Notes under the pieces: generated by a model | Told to the model about the DNA's origin: nothing | Databases searched by the model: none | What the model saw: only the letters and a program-made list of their open reading frames with translations | Part shown: positions 38,253 through 38,542 of the stretch, piece by piece | How the letters are laid out: each line of letters opens with the position of its first letter | How positions within the stretch are numbered: the stretch's first letter is position 1 | NCBI GenBank assembly: GCA_032718475.1 | Contig: JAUCBJ010005235.1 | Location: forward strand, 1-38,542 | Origin: Nemertoderma westbladi | Taxonomy: Eukaryota; Animalia; Xenacoelomorpha | Length of the DNA stretch: 38,542 nucleotides | Direction: 5' to 3' | Program-made: the position numbers and the translations under genes

Positions 38253-38542
38253 GGTTTTCGGGGTCTGTGATTTAATTTCCGATGTCAGGTTTAATATTTG
38301 GTCGTTTGGTGGAATCTACTATAGTCTGTCTGCACAACAGTCTGTATGTATTCTTAGCTCTTAGCAGCATGTTGACGGACAACTGTTAGACGGAAAGACA
38401 GCGATAACTGGAGAACTATTGTACAGTAGGAGACCTACAGTAAAAAAGATCTCACTAAGCCTTTTTAAGATTTGATATGAAATCCTCATTAAATAATTCT
38501 TAACAGCTCGCCCATTTAGGAGTTAGGCCTACATAAGTGTAC

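Overview
AT-rich animal (probably invertebrate) genomic DNA. It carries most of a mex-3 (MEX3) tandem-KH RNA-binding protein gene on the minus strand. Five phase-compatible GT-AG coding exons (32580-32361, 28182-27962, 26437-26137, 18783-18556, 7634-7449) join into about 385 codons. I could not find a stop-containing or RING-finger exon, so the gene probably continues past the left edge. The introns are inflated by an ~8 kb 41-bp satellite, a ~2.4 kb 24-bp satellite with higher-order structure, and two degenerate RTE-like LINEs, one with a perfect 14-bp TSD. Non-autonomous DNA transposons with TIRs and TSDs lie upstream of the start codon. The most unusual feature is the 41-bp satellite. On the mex-3 sense strand it is an amplified exon/intron junction (ATTGAACTGAAG|GTAAGG...), giving ~190 tandem 5' splice donors grown from the end of a candidate 35-nt micro-exon. 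No prokaryotic systems, CRISPR arrays or RNA genes were seen. All coordinates were read by eye, with no database searches.
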